The notes: a model not told the origin generated them from the sequence alone. A stretch of DNA of 63,741 bases, filler included, from Octopus bimaculoides (GCF_001194135.2; 4 parts of 3 records of this genome joined end to end with filler, not necessarily neighbours in it), one strand, 5' to 3'. Positions 10,990 through 24,545 are shown, counted from the first letter of the whole stretch. Program-made: numbers and translations.

Positions 10990-12270
10990 GGATTTTATTC
11001 TTTTATTTCTATCCCGCCGAGGCCAACATTTTGCCTTTCACCTTTTAGAGACCGAAAAAATAAAGCACCAGACAAATATTGAGTTCGATTAACCTTCTCC
11101 CCTATAAATGACTAGCCTTGTGCCAAAATTAGAAAAACAGTGCTGCTGGCTGGAAGAATCTTTAGCACGACAAAATGTTCAGCGGCATTTCTTCTGGATT
11201 TACGTTGAGAATTTGTCTTTCAACGTTTCGACGCCGATGAAATGAGCGCCAGTTCAACACTGGGCTCGCTATAATCAACTAGCTCTACCCCTAAAATTGC
11301 TGGCCTTGTGCCAAAATTTTAAACCACGGGATTTATCGGGTATATTTTATAAATAAAAATAACTGACTTTTTTTTAGATGTTTTTAAGATACTGAAAAGC
11401 ATTTAATGAGATATACATTTCCAATATTTATGAGTTCAAATTTCACTGAAGCTATTTTTCCCTATTCGTTAAAACATTGGTTTCAAATTTTGACGCTAGG
11501 CCAGCAACTTCGGAGGAAGAGGAAAGTTGATTGTATCGACCCCTAAGCCTGCGACTTGGCAGAACCGTTAGGATGCCGGGAGTAATACTTAGCGGCATTT
11601 CATCTGTCTTTACGTTCTGAGTTCAAATTCCGCCGAGGTCGACTTTACCTTTCATCCTTTCGGAGTCGATAAATTAAGTACCAGTGAAATACTGGAGTCG
11701 ATGTAATCGACTGGTCCCCTCCCTCAAAGTTTCAGGTCTTGTGCCTATAACAGAAAGGAGCATATCGAGCCGGAAAACATAGAAGGCAAAGTTGACCTCA
11801 GTGAAATTTGAACTCGTATCGGCTCGAATACCATAGGACGAAGAAGGGGTAAAGTTGACTTCGGTGGAATTTTAACTCACAACGTAAAGACGGACGAAAT
11901 GCTGCTAAGCGTTTTGTCCGGCGTGCTAACGGTTCTTGAAGTTCACGGTTTTCCGAGTTTTCAAAGAAATGGTTTTAAATTTTGGGTCAAGGCCAGTAAT
12001 TTGAGAGGAGGGGTAAATTGATTACATGATTCCAGCAGTCAACTGGTACTTATTTTATCAACTCGCCGCCTCCCGAGTCTTTAAAATAGTACCAGTGAAT
12101 TGTTGTGGTCGATTTAATTAACCGTTTCATTTTCTCAATAAAGGTGATGAGCTAGCAGAATTGTTAACATGTCGGACAAAAATGCTTAGCGACATAACTT
12201 ATGGCTCTCTACGTTCTGAGTTCAAATCCTGCCTAATCACCTTTGCCTTTCATCCTTTCGGTGTAGAAAA
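10990..12270. mobile_element. Cluster of about six SINE-A copies and fragments in both orientations
   Basis: Family-A core or head motifs near 11015, 11200, 11630 and 12230 (+), and near 11790, 11860 and 12000 (-). Confidence 0.75.
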
Positions 12271-12809
12271 CATACTGGAAGAAATTGATATGGTTATGCA
12301 TAACAGTCACAATTGGGGCCAATGAAAGAAATTTCGGTAATTTTAAAATTAAGGAAGCTATACTCATACACAGACTAGGACCCCAAATTAACAACAGGCT
12401 GGAGGTTGGTAATCAATATATTATTTAGCTACATCTGGTTGCATGTAGATTCATTTTTGATATGCTCATCTATTGTTTATAAGAAAAAAAGAGAAGAGGG
12501 AAAAAAGGGGAAAAAAAAGGAAGCTGCACGTATAATACATAACCTAGAAGCAGCGCTACAGATGTACCAACACACACGAGATTGAGACATAGCCGACTTC
12601 ACGCACTCCTCATGAAGAATTCCGGAAGATGCTTCCGAAAAAGAAAAGCCGTTTGAAAACAGATTATAGCAGTGACTCCATCTAAGAATATCTGAAGAAG
12701 GAATTGTATTCCGAAATATCATCGGACTATAGATAACTAAATTACAACAGGTATGTAGTCCATTTTTTGTATTATAGTGCATTGCTGTACCATTCAAAAC
12801 CTTTTTATT

Positions 12810-12852
<43 letters not shown>

Positions 12853-13229
12853 CGGTACTGTTTAAGTTTTATTCTATTATCTACCTATTTACGGACTATA
12901 GATTGACAGGTTCGTTGGAGTGTGGGCCGGACAAAGTGACCTGTAGTATTTCCTTTTGAATCTCTATAATATGTGTTCAAATCCTGCTGAGCTAAAAAGT
13001 CTGCCGGTTACTAATCAAGTACTAGGACTGAGATAATCTGAATTTGAGGTAGATCTTGTGTCGGTGTAAAGAATTGTCTAGCCGTTCAAACCTCATCGAG
13101 GTTGACCTTGCTGACCGTTCCAACAAAATCGACAAAATAAGAACTAGACATAAATTAGGTTTTATCTGACAACGTTCTGCCTCTGCCGAACGAAAAATTG
13201 ATACTCATTAAAATCCAACAGGCGAACCA

Positions 13230-13430
13230 GCATAATCGTTAGTAGGGCACGCAAGATGCTTAGTGGCATTTGGTCTGTCTGTACGTTCTGAGTTCAAATT
13301 GCGCTGAAGTCAACTTTACCTTTTATCCTTTTGGGGTCAATAAAATAAGTATCAGAAGAGCACTGAGTTTGATGCAATCGACTTAGCCCCGCCCTAAAAT
13401 TGCCGGCCTTGTGCCAAAATTTGAAACCAA
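13230..13430 (+). mobile_element. SINE family A
   Basis: GAGTTCAAATTGC B box and core GCTGAAGTCAACTTTACCTTTTATCC. Confidence 0.75.
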
Positions 13431-13480
13431 TATTTTTTTTTAATACAAGAAAGATAGTTTAAACTTGCAATTGAACTTAC

Positions 13481-13648
13481 ATCCACCAATGTAGTAATGG
13501 CATCCTCATTCTCCAATTTTGGCTTGATTGTTGATTCACTACTATCGATGGTATCAACTGTATCATCTCCATGATACCATGTACCCGTCTTGCACATCAT
13601 CTCTCTTCGTAGTTGACAATGAGCGCACCGCCATTTCCCGCGTATACT
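13481..13648 (-). CDS. Candidate internal coding exon of an unidentified host gene (56 aa, phase 0-0)
   Basis: Acceptor ttatatttgtAG and donor GAT|GTAAGT; only one frame is open: SIRGKWRCAHCQLRREMMCKTGTWYHGDDTVDTIDSSESTIKPKLENEDAITTLVD; appears single-copy and more GC-rich than flanks. Confidence 0.5.
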
Positions 13649-13867
13649 CTACAAATATAATGTAAATTTTTTATGAGTAAATATTTAATAGAAAACTCTG
13701 AGAAATTTTATGTTTAATTATAACGAAAATAAAACATTTAAAGCACACAATTGCAAACATTTTTTCGTGTTTTTAAAGTATAAATGCAGCAATGTTATTA
13801 CTCGTAACTTGTTTGTTTTTGTATATTGTTTACAAGATTCTTGTTGTGAACTCATATGCTGAAACTG

Positions 13868-13939
13868 ATTTTATTGTTTCACAGGAGGGTCATTATACTA
13901 ATAAATACACACTCACACGCAGAGGCTCTATTTCAATTC

Positions 13940-13970
<31 letters not shown>

Positions 13971-14552
13971 GTGCAGCGCAATGGCCCAGTGGTTAGGGCA
14001 GCGGACTCGCGGCTGGAGGATCATCGTTTCGATTCCCAGACCGGGCGTTGTGTGTGTTTATTGAGCGAAAACACCAAAAGCTCCACGAGGCTCCGGCAGG
14101 GGGTGGTCGTGACCCCTGTTGTACTCTTTCGCCCCAACTTTCTCTCACTCTTTCTTCCTGTTTCTTGAGTAACGCTGCGATGGACTGGCGTCCCATCCAG
14201 CTGGGGGGGAGGGGGTGCGGAACACATACGCCATAGAAACCGGGAAACCGGGCCCATGAGCCTGGCTAGGCTTTAAAAGGGCGCATAATATCATTATTAT
14301 TATTTATTATTATTATTATTAGTCAATTAGTTAATATTTACACAAGTAACTAAACGATTGTTAAATTAATTAACATCAATCAGTAAGTAAGGTTTGTCAA
14401 AGTCCTTTTGTTGCTGATTGGATTAACTAAACTACTAATCAATTAGGTAATTGGCTAAATATTAACTGACTAATAATAATAAAAAGAAGTGAAATAGAAC
14501 TAGTGCATGTGATTATTATTGGTGTAATAACCTTCCTGAGATACAACAAAAT
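13868..14552. mobile_element. Old AT-rich foldback/MITE-like element interrupted by a SINE
   Basis: Termini 13868-13903 and 14517-14552 are inverted at 29/36; similarity continues inward through (ATT)n to a central TTTGTCAAA at 14393-14401. Confidence 0.6.
13971..14285 (+). mobile_element. SINE family C (variant tail)
   Basis: Same head and body as 3521 and 16578; inserted in an (ATT)n run. Confidence 0.8.
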
Positions 14553-14839
14553 TGTTTTTCGTTTACTTCTTTAACTTCCACAAGGTACACACACACACAC
14601 GCATATATATATATGTGTGTGTGTGTGAGAGAGAGAGAGAGAAAGATGTATAGATATATGTATGTTCTATAGAACGAATGAGACTGAGTGGAATCGATTT
14701 TAATATGCCCAACTAACACAGTATACGTTCCTTACTAGAACTATACAATATCCTGATCATACACCAGTCTATGCAAAAAATAACGGGGAAAAATTGTAGA
14801 TATTATTCTCTTGTGAAGGTTACGAGGAACACGATCAAC

Positions 14840-15065
14840 AAACTAAATATAATCCTTTCTACTATAGGTAGACCGCCTGAAATTTGGAGAAGGGCATTAG
14901 TCGATTACATTGACCCTGTGTTGCACTGGTACTTAATTAATCGACCCCGAAAGGATGCAAGGTAAAGTCGACCTCGGCGGAATTCGAACTCAGAACGTAG
15001 CGGCAGACAAAATACCGCTAAGTATTCCGCCCGGCGTGCTAACGATTCTACCAGCTCGCCGCATT
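14840..15065 (-). mobile_element. SINE family A
   Basis: GGTAAAGTCGACCTCGGCGGAATTCGAACTCAGAACGT...CCAGCTCGCC. Confidence 0.85.
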
Positions 15066-16577
15066 ACAAACTAAATATAATAAAAAAGAAAGTAGGATAA
15101 TCAGGCAACCCGAACTCAAAGCTTCTAATTTATGACCCAAGAAGAATATTGTATCATCAAGGTGTACTTTCTGAAAATTAAATTTTAGAATCTTTAAGGA
15201 TCATATCATAACCAGTGCTTCAAAACACATGTGTATGAAAAGTAGATGCGATTTCGATGCCTCCTTTCTCGTACGTGAACAAGACTTTTATCACATCATA
15301 TACAAAGTTGAACATGGCTTCCCTGTGCTCAAACTAATTCTAAAATCTTTGACAAGATACTCAATAAAATAGTAGCATTCTTATGTGTTTTAAAATTGGA
15401 TGATTTATCTTACGTCAATCATGATGGATGAAGCATTTCATTAAAAAAAAGTGCTAGACGATAAACCACCAAAGCAAAACATTTTCACACAACTGAAAAG
15501 AGCTGTAGTTAATCTAGATACAAGAGATGTGGTTAACACATGAAGCGCGACGGGCAACGATCGTGGCCATCAGGCACAGGTCGACAGGCAACGATTATTG
15601 CCCAGATAGATGCATTTAATTTATGGGCGTTTGTTGGGGTCTAACGTCACTGAAACACTCCGATACTCCACACCTAGACTGCAAGAGGATTAATAGTTCA
15701 ACTAATGACTTTTCACATGATGTAGAACTTGCCACCATTATATACTAAGAAGATATTTTAACTATTGTTTTTATGTGTGCATGGTTGTCTCATTTTCATA
15801 AAATGTGCTCAGTATTCCATGCTATGTAAATGCAAATCTCAGCGCTTTATGGTTTAACCTAGATACGATGTTCCTTGTCAGTATTTTTAGGCAGTGTTTT
15901 AATCATTGTATATAGTTTAGATGGGTTCTTTTGCTCGTCTATGTTGCTCACATTTTTGTACAGCATTTAGTTCGTAACTGTTCCACCAAACTTCTCAGGT
16001 CCCAATAATTTTTCAATTTCTTTTTCTTTTTGTGTTGCTTCCATTTAATCAGTTTATCCTTTCCCCACCCCAGTATCATAGCTTAAAACAGTTCGACTAA
16101 ACCACAAGCAAAACGTCACAATGATAAAGTATGTTGTTCCTTGAATTTTCTAACTCTTCGTCAAAAGTGAACATTTCAGCATTTTAAACGATTAGCGAGC
16201 TTCCCTAAGGAAGAACATACGCGTAAACTTCTTTTGCTTTGGAAACAGGAAATGCTCATAAAGTTTTCGTTTAGAGAAGAAATAGATTTTAAAAACATAT
16301 TTTCTCAGTCAGATTAATAAATTAGAAGCAAGCCTTACTAGTTTATATGTATATTTTTATATTAGCACTTTCTTTCAATTTCAAAGAAGCCAATGAAATG
16401 GTTTTCATATTCAGATTGTTAAATGTGCATCAGTGATTAAAAAAAATAATAACTGTAGTAAAATGTTGATACAAGGAATACGAAAATATTCAATGTTTTC
16501 TTCAGCAGACAGGTGTTACTGTTGTTCATGGTTTTCCATGTATTCACTTTTTACCTTTTAATTATTCCATGATGCGT

Positions 16578-16952
16578 GGAGGCGCAATGGCCCAGTGGTT
16601 AGAGCAACGGGCTCGCGGTCATAGGATCGCAGTTTCGATTCCCAGACCGGGCGTTGTGAGTGTTCATTGGGCGAAAACACCTAAAGCTCCACGAGGCTCC
16701 TGCAGGGGATGGTGGCAAACCCTGCTGTACTCTTCCACCACAACTTTCTCTTACTTCCTGTTTCTGTTGTGCCTGTAATTCAAAGGGTCAGCCTTGTCAC
16801 TGTGTCACGCTGAATATCCCCGAGAACTACGTTAGGGGTACACGTGTCTGTGGAGTGCTCAGCCACTTGCACGTTATTTTCACGAGCAGGCTGTTCCGTT
16901 GATCGGACCAACTGGAACCCTCGTCGTCGTAAGCGACGGAGTGCCAACAACA
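16578..16952 (+). mobile_element. SINE family C
   Basis: Collinear with 3521-3900; ends in a CAACAACAA tail. Confidence 0.85.
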
Positions 16953-17745
16953 ATTCCATGATGTAACATTATGGGGATGAATGGTCTAGCGGTTATAATG
17001 TTACACTCACGATCGTGAGATTGCAGTTTCAGTTCCTAGACAGGTGATGAGTTGTATTCCTGAGCCAAATATTTCCTCTCGTGTGTGATCAATTCGAGAT
17101 CCGACAAGTGGTACACTGTGTACTAATTCAGAAAACGTCTTGTGGTGGAAAGAGTGAGTCAATATTCATCACCTACATTTATACTAATCATTTTGTGCAG
17201 GTTTGTTCAGTAAGAATTGCAGAAACGTCTTTTTCGGACAACGAGAGACAACCATCATCAATGCATCAGGGCAGCAGCGTGTGTTAATCACACTGTCACC
17301 AGTGACAATAGCAACGCTTCAAATTTTTAACTATTAAAAATATCTCTTCTAAAGAATAAAAAATATTTATGATAAATCAACCTTTCTCAATTTCTAAGGC
17401 AGTTGCATATGTGTGTGATCTGTAGTGAAAATGACCAGGGTACCTTCAACCAAAGGATAACTCTGAGTTTCTTTAGCAGTGTGGCCCGCTTTATGATGAA
17501 CTATATCCGATGCGTCTACAACTCAAAGCGGTCGACCGAGCCCGAAGCAGAGGGTCCTTTATGTGCCAAGAGTTTATCACATAGGATACGACCCTCACCT
17601 CACAAATCTCGAGCAGTGGTTCTCAATGTGGACGGTACCGTCCCCAAGGGACGTTGGACATGTCGTACGTATATATACATATATACGTCGTGTATAAACG
17701 CACACATACACACACACACACACACACACATATATTTAATATATT

Positions 17746-17778
<33 letters not shown>

Positions 17779-17783
17779 ATATA

Positions 17784-17828
<45 letters not shown>

Positions 17829-18496
17829 ATGTATGTGTGTTTATGTTTCCTTGTCATTACTTCGAGTGATGGTTGTAAGCGAGAGTCCCTGACATACAAG
17901 TGGTGTCACTTGTTTCCAGTCTTCTTTGAAAACATGACCGGCCAAAGTGTAAAATTACTTTGCTTAGAAATAAGTGACAGATGGGTATCCGACCGTAGAA
18001 AATTTGTGTCAGAGAAATTCGTTTGATCCATTCAAGCACAGAAAAGTGGACGTTAAAACGGTGATGATGATGAGGATGATGATAATGATGATGATATAGA
18101 AGCATCTGTTTATCTTACACAGACTCAGTTACTTGAATGTTCATGATCAAAATGTAACTCTCTATTTAAACCATAACAATAAGCTACAATGAGCAAATGT
18201 TCAAATATTCAAATCCATTTTGATTATAGTAGCGTCGTAAAATGAATATAAACATAAGTGGAAGGAGAAAGGAAAAAGAGAAACATTAATACAAATAATG
18301 AACAATATTTGAGTTTCCTTTTTTCTTCTTTTGTGTTTCTCTGTTATAAAACTACAAAACTAAGAATCAGATGTATTAGCCATGATATACAATTTAAATA
18401 TTATCTGCAACAATTGTTAGCTACAGTTCGCTAGTGGATGAGTGAATTATGAAGCGCATATATATGAGCGTGTGCGTGTGTATGTGTGCTTGTGCG

Positions 18497-18544
<48 letters not shown>

Positions 18545-18653
18545 GTATATATATATATATATATGTGTGTGTATATATATATATGTATATGTAATATATA
18601 TATATGTTAAAATATATTTGTTATATAAGCATTGACGCATGCACACACATACA

Positions 18654-18704
<51 letters not shown>

Positions 18705-19220
18705 CTTTTAATAATCATAAAAGTATTCACAATTCACCAGAATTTTCAAATTTAATTAAATTATTTGCTGACATCTGCTCCAAGTATAGCTTTTCAGAGA
18801 ATGAAATTTTATCATAAAAAATATCAGAACATCAACTGCAACTACAAAACCCAATATCACAGAGAAGCTCAATATATTCGTTTGTATGCAATAATGATAA
18901 ATTATAGTGAAATGAAAGTATCGCAAAAAATATTTCGAGAAAGATTTTGAAGTTTGAATTAAGAAACGAAGTCATTTTATACATGCACGCTATTGATTTG
19001 ATGATGTAGTCACTTTTACTGCGCCAATTATTTCTTGGATTATAAGTTTTACAGTTTAAACTACCATGATGTTTTTGTTTTTTTTTTATTATTGTAATTC
19101 CGTAGAACATAGACTTTCTTTTCATCCATCTAAACTCGATAAAAATAACAGATTCTAATTTAGACACAAAGTAATACGGCGAGTTGGCAGAGTCATTAGC
19201 ACGCAGGATAGATTGGTAAA

Positions 19221-19381
19221 GCGTAGGAGTGGCTGTGTGGTCAGTAGCTTGCTTATCAACCACATGGTTCCGGGTTCAGTCCCACTGCGTGGTACCTTGG
19301 GCAAGTGTCTTCTACTATAGCCTCGGGCTGACCAAAGCCTTGTGAGTGGATTTGGTAGACTGAAATTAAAAGAAGCCCGTC

Positions 19382-19414
<33 letters not shown>

Positions 19415-19572
19415 NNNNNNNNNNCGTAACTTAGCGGTTCGGCAAAAGTGAACGATAGAATAAGTACTAGGCTTACAAAGAATAAGTCCTGGGGTCGATT
19501 TGCTCGACTAAAGGCGGTGATACAGCATGGCCACAGTCAAATGACTGAAATTAGTAAAAGAGTAAAAGAGTA
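19221..19572 (+). mobile_element. SINE family B
   Basis: GCGTAGGAGTGGCTGTGTGG head, CCTTGGGCAAG core, internal (TA)n with gap, AGTAAAAG tail. Confidence 0.85.
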
Positions 19573-21689
19573 AGCAGCATTTTCCATCCATCTTTAATTT
19601 CTGAGTTCAAATTCCGCCCAGGTCTACATTGCATTTCGTCTTGTCGGGGTCGATAAAATAAGTACCTGCCGGACTTACTCCCTGTTACGAAATTACTGGA
19701 ACCGTGCCAAAATATTAAACCAATATAGACACAAGGCTACGTATTTGCCAGGAGTTGCGTTAGTTAAGTAAATCGATTCATGAAAGATAAAGTTGACCTC
19801 TCGTAGCTTTTGAGTTCAGATGAGATCAAAAGAGCAGATGCTCGAAGACATTTTGTTTGACGCTCGAACATCTCTTCTAGTCTAGCGCCATTGATAACAG
19901 TTTCATAGCATAGGCACCAAGTCTAAAATTTGGGGGAAGCGGTCTGTTGATTAAATCGGGCTCCATTACTTGACTGATGCGTTATTTTAGCAACGCAGTG
20001 GATTCGAAAAGCAAAGTAGTCTCGGTGGGATTTAAACTTAGAAGATAAAAAGCCGGAAAAACACTGAAGCTATTGGATTGTCAGAAAAATTCGTTCGTTT
20101 TTTACCCCAATTTATTTTAATCTTTTCCTCTGCTATTTGAATGAACACGAAAAATATTTCCATCGTACTGTTTTATGTTTGTTTTTTGTTTCTTTATAGG
20201 TCTATTCTTTACAAATTTTGCTTATCGTTTTTGAAATTTAATGTAATATAACCTTTACGAAATATTTGAAGATTATTTTGTTCGTATTTACTTTGTTATG
20301 CTTTTTCTCACTATATAGGTTTGTTATAATGAATTTGGGGCATTACTTCGGTTTTCTTAACACATCTGATCCAGAGAAATATTTTCACAAAAGTAATTTT
20401 ACATCAAATCAACATGCCGTCAGCCAAATCTTTCTTTTCCTTCCCTTTTTCACAATCTCATTAAATGTCACCGAGCTTTGAGTTTACTGCACTTCAATTT
20501 TATCAGAATGTTTAGAATATGTTTCTAATTAGTTTAAAAAGCAATACATCAGAAGCGCGTGTGTAACTGTAGATTTCAGAAAAATCAATATGTGTTGTAG
20601 AGACTATTTACAATACAGTTATTAGTCAAACACAATTAGCATTCTTAGATGATCCGCTTCACTTTCTTGACATCAATTTAAACTGAGGTGTTAGGAATTA
20701 GGCGTGCTGTGTTACGAGATTTCAAATCTAAACTTATAAAGCAGTCGTCCAATACTGTATCACTTCAACGACATGCCACGTTACTAATTATTTTGGGAAA
20801 ATACTGAAGTGGAATATCAATAACTGGTTGTTGGAGTTCGGTTTCTAAACAAGCACTCAAGAAGCTGTTAAGGTTTCTCTCCGATGCTGCATTGTTTAAT
20901 TAACTGCATAATAACATAACTGTAATATATGTGTGGTGAGCGCCGTAGCCGAGGTAACATGGTAAGAAAGGAAACAACACTTCTACGTGTTCGTTCGATC
21001 TGCTAAGAATTGCAACTAAATTTCGCTCAAATCACACCATATCATCTCAAAAAAGGCAACTTTACATTAAACATGTAGTTTTAAATATCCCCTAAACAGA
21101 GAGTTGACCACAGCGGGAATGTTTTTGTTCATCTGTTATCTAAATCTAGGCTGATAACAACTCCTGTCACACTTAATATGAGACGCAGTTTTGGATCCTG
21201 ATTAAAGAAATTTCAGTCACTTCGCTTCTGCTCCTAGGAAAGGAATAATCTTGTCTGATTACGTTCTTCCCATTTTTTTATGTTAATTGTAGTGTACATC
21301 TGTTGATGACCACCTCAACTCATATCCATCACTAAAAATAAATAATTTAACTTTTGCTGTTGTTTATTGCTTGGCAAATATTACACTTGGCAATCATATG
21401 ATCAGTGATATTTCAGTCATAGCCGAACACGCAGCCTATGTATGACTATCTTGGATTACATTAACAAATGTATCCTTCATTTGTTTTAAAGATAGCGAGG
21501 TGCGGATTGAAAGGTATCTGGCTTCTATTTTCAGCAGGTGGAGTGTCTACGTACAAGCTTTTTTGTGAGCTGCAGAATAAAACATTGGCTGCTCATCTAA
21601 TTGCTGCATACAGTAAATATTTATATTCTTTTTTACTTCATTTAAGAAAAACGGTGAGCTATCAGACACTTTACCGCGTGAGACAAAAT

Positions 21690-21870
21690 GCTTCATGGCA
21701 TTTAGTTTGTCGTCACGCTCTGATTTCAAATTCCACCGAGGTCGACTTTGCCTTTCATCTTTCATCCTTTTGGGTCAATAAATTAAGTATCAGTTGCGTA
21801 CTGGATTCGATCTAATCGACTGGCCCCCTCCCCCAAAATTTCGAGCCTTGTGCCTAGAGTTGAAAAGGAT
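21690..21870 (+). mobile_element. SINE family A
   Basis: Core CCGAGGTCGACTTTGCCTTTCATC and family tail. Confidence 0.8.
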
Positions 21871-21889
21871 ATCTATAGAATATACACAG

Positions 21890-22111
21890 TAATACTCTTT
21901 TACTCGTTTCAGTCATTTGACTGCGACCATGCTGGGGCACCGCCTTTAGTCGAGCAAATCGACCCCAAGACTTATTCTTTGTAAGCCTAGTACTTATTCT
22001 CTCGGTATCTTTTTGCCGAACCGCTGAGTTTATGGGGACGTAAACACACCAGCATCGGTTGTCAAGCGAAGTTGGGAGGACAAACACAGACACACAAACA
22101 TATACACACAC

Positions 22112-22142
<31 letters not shown>

Positions 22143-22290
22143 CGACAGGTTTCTTTCAGTTTCCGTCTACCAAATTCACACACAAGGCTTTGGTCGGCCC
22201 AAGACTATAGAAGGTGCCACGCAGTGAGACTGAACTCAGAACCATGTGGTTGGTAAGCAAGCTACTTACCACACAGCCACTCCTGCGCCT
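21890..22290 (-). mobile_element. SINE family B (full length)
   Basis: Collinear with other B copies; internal (CATA/TA)n. Confidence 0.85.
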
Positions 22291-23989
22291 ACAGTATATC
22301 TATAGAATATACACAGTATTGTACAAGACCAATAAGGGAACGTCTATATGATCGTTCAGTGTTTTAATAAGAAAAGTTAATTTTGTGCTATATTTTCCTT
22401 ACTGCTACCATAACTACTGTGACGTGGCCAAGTAGTTAGAGTATTGCCTTCACTGTTGTAAAATCGTTGCTTCGGTTCTCAGAAAGGGTGGTGCGATGTA
22501 TTTCTGAACAAAGCACTTCATTTCACATAGCTCCAGTCTCTTCTACATTTCACATGTATCTGCACAAATAGTGAGATAATGTACAGCACAAACATTTGAT
22601 CACTATAAATAAATAATCTGTGCAGGTTATTTAGAAAGAAATTGCGGAACCCTCATTTATCGTCTGCGATAGAAGGGCCTACCACTATGACTATCACTAT
22701 GACCATGACAACATGAATTATTCATCTTTACTATAAAATCCCTATAAATTTTACGGATACACAAACGAAATATTTTATCAACGAATTGCAGTTAGTTAAC
22801 ATTCAACTAATTTTTCAAGGTATTTCACATCGTGCAGTAAAAATAAAATTACATCAATGAGGTTTCATTTTAATTAATTCATAAAAGCCTAATGGGTTTC
22901 TATGTTATGCTAAAATCGTGTACCCTCAGTAAATCCTCATAGTTAAAGCTCTGTTATAATGCATTATAATTTGCTTTGTTAAACTTGAAATCGTTCACAT
23001 ATTTAATTCTGCATTTCATACTTTACGCAACAGCTATGAAATACGAAACATAATGTTGTTAGTAACGGTAGTAGTGGTGATGACAACGCTACCACCATGA
23101 TAAGCAACACAACCATTATAACATCACCTACCATTATCTTCATCGCAGTCAATGCTGCTACTTTGCAACTAACATCGCTTACTCTGTGATACTTCCTTTA
23201 TCGTGGCGGATTCTTTACGTTAAATTTTTCAGCGATATTAATATTATAGCTGAACTTAAAGCAGCAAGCGGGTAGAACTGTCAACACGCCAAACAAAATG
23301 CTTAGCAGCATTTCGTTTGTTTTTATGTTCTGAGCTCAAATTCTGCAGACGTCGAATATGCCTTTCATCCTTTCAGGATCTATGAAATAAGTACCAATTG
23401 AGCACTGGGGTCGATGTAATCGATTATCTCCATTCCCTATAATTCCATACTTTGCGCCTATAGTAGAAAGAAATATTACAACCTCGTACATTTTTAAAAA
23501 GTTTCTTTTGCTAGAAAATTAGAAGTATATGCATGAGAAAAAAATTTCTTATAGGTTTTATATTTGCCTATATCTGCGCACTTTTATGAAGGTCAGCTTA
23601 AAACATTATCTGGAGTGCTTAGTTTCAGCTTGAAAAGATTTCTCCAAAATATTCTAAATTCATGTCATCATGTATATTTTAGTTTTCAACAAATCTGTTC
23701 AAGGTCGGGTGCAGCGGATAGTTCGATATATCAGACATTTATAATAATCTAAATGCGACAAAAAATAATGCTTTGATTAAAACAAAATGACAACATATCT
23801 GCACATTGCATTTAACTATGAGGGAAAATAAGTGTACATATGCGAAACAATTTTTGGCAAATTTACTGGGGACTACTGTAAAGATGAAAAAAGTATATCA
23901 TTGTAATAAGTAAAGAGAAATATTCGCTAATGAGTTCGGAAAATAACAGAAAGATGTCTGACGTTGGCTACCGTACTTACTATTGAGTG

Positions 23990-24495
23990 GGAGAGCAGCA
24001 CACAAAGGGGCACTGGGACACAGTTATACGAAACCTAATATACCCATCATGGCTACTCCTCTGATAAGGGTACACCAGGCACATGCATTACAAACATATG
24101 AGCGCAACATGGTAATCTCATATGAAGATAAACAGCGCATGATCTTGCAGGTGGGCCCAGTTACAATTATATTTAGGTCGATCAGCACACACTGCTCAAA
24201 AGGTCCCCGAATAAGGGTTAAGTATGATGAGCCAAACACATATAGTTCGTGGACATGTTCTTCCAGCCTCAAAGAATCCTTGTACACTTGGCTATGATGC
24301 TCTCCCACTATTCCTGCTCGGGACCAGTGATGTACATATCTTCAGCCACTAAGTGACATGCTCAAGTGATTAAGGTCAAGCAACTGACAAGCAAATCTCC
24401 GGTATTGAGCAGAATATTTGCTGAGGCCCATCATTTACATCAAAACAAAACATGTACGTGTTAACAATTCCAATCAGTTAAGATCAGAATGCATA
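23990..24495 (+). repeat. Unclassified interspersed repeat ending in (TAT)n
   Basis: Reverse-complement match to 32690-33210 and 39225-39415. Confidence 0.75.
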
Positions 24496-24501
24496 CATAC
24501 A

Positions 24502-24542
<41 letters not shown>

Positions 24543-24545
<3 letters not shown>

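Noticed and set aside
12477-12797. 106-aa minus ORF with IYSP...W (CUB-like start), and a plus-strand donor CAG|GTATGT at 12750
   Set aside because: No phase-0 acceptor compatible with the 13481 exon, CUB similarity is only a few residues, and all plus frames have nearby stops.
15100-15620. Possible very old Tc1/mariner transposase fragment
   Set aside because: Only vague peptide resemblance with many stops and no TIR.
20318-20390. Plus-strand micro-exon with a good acceptor
   Set aside because: AT-rich, weak donor, no recognisable peptide and no supported partner exons.
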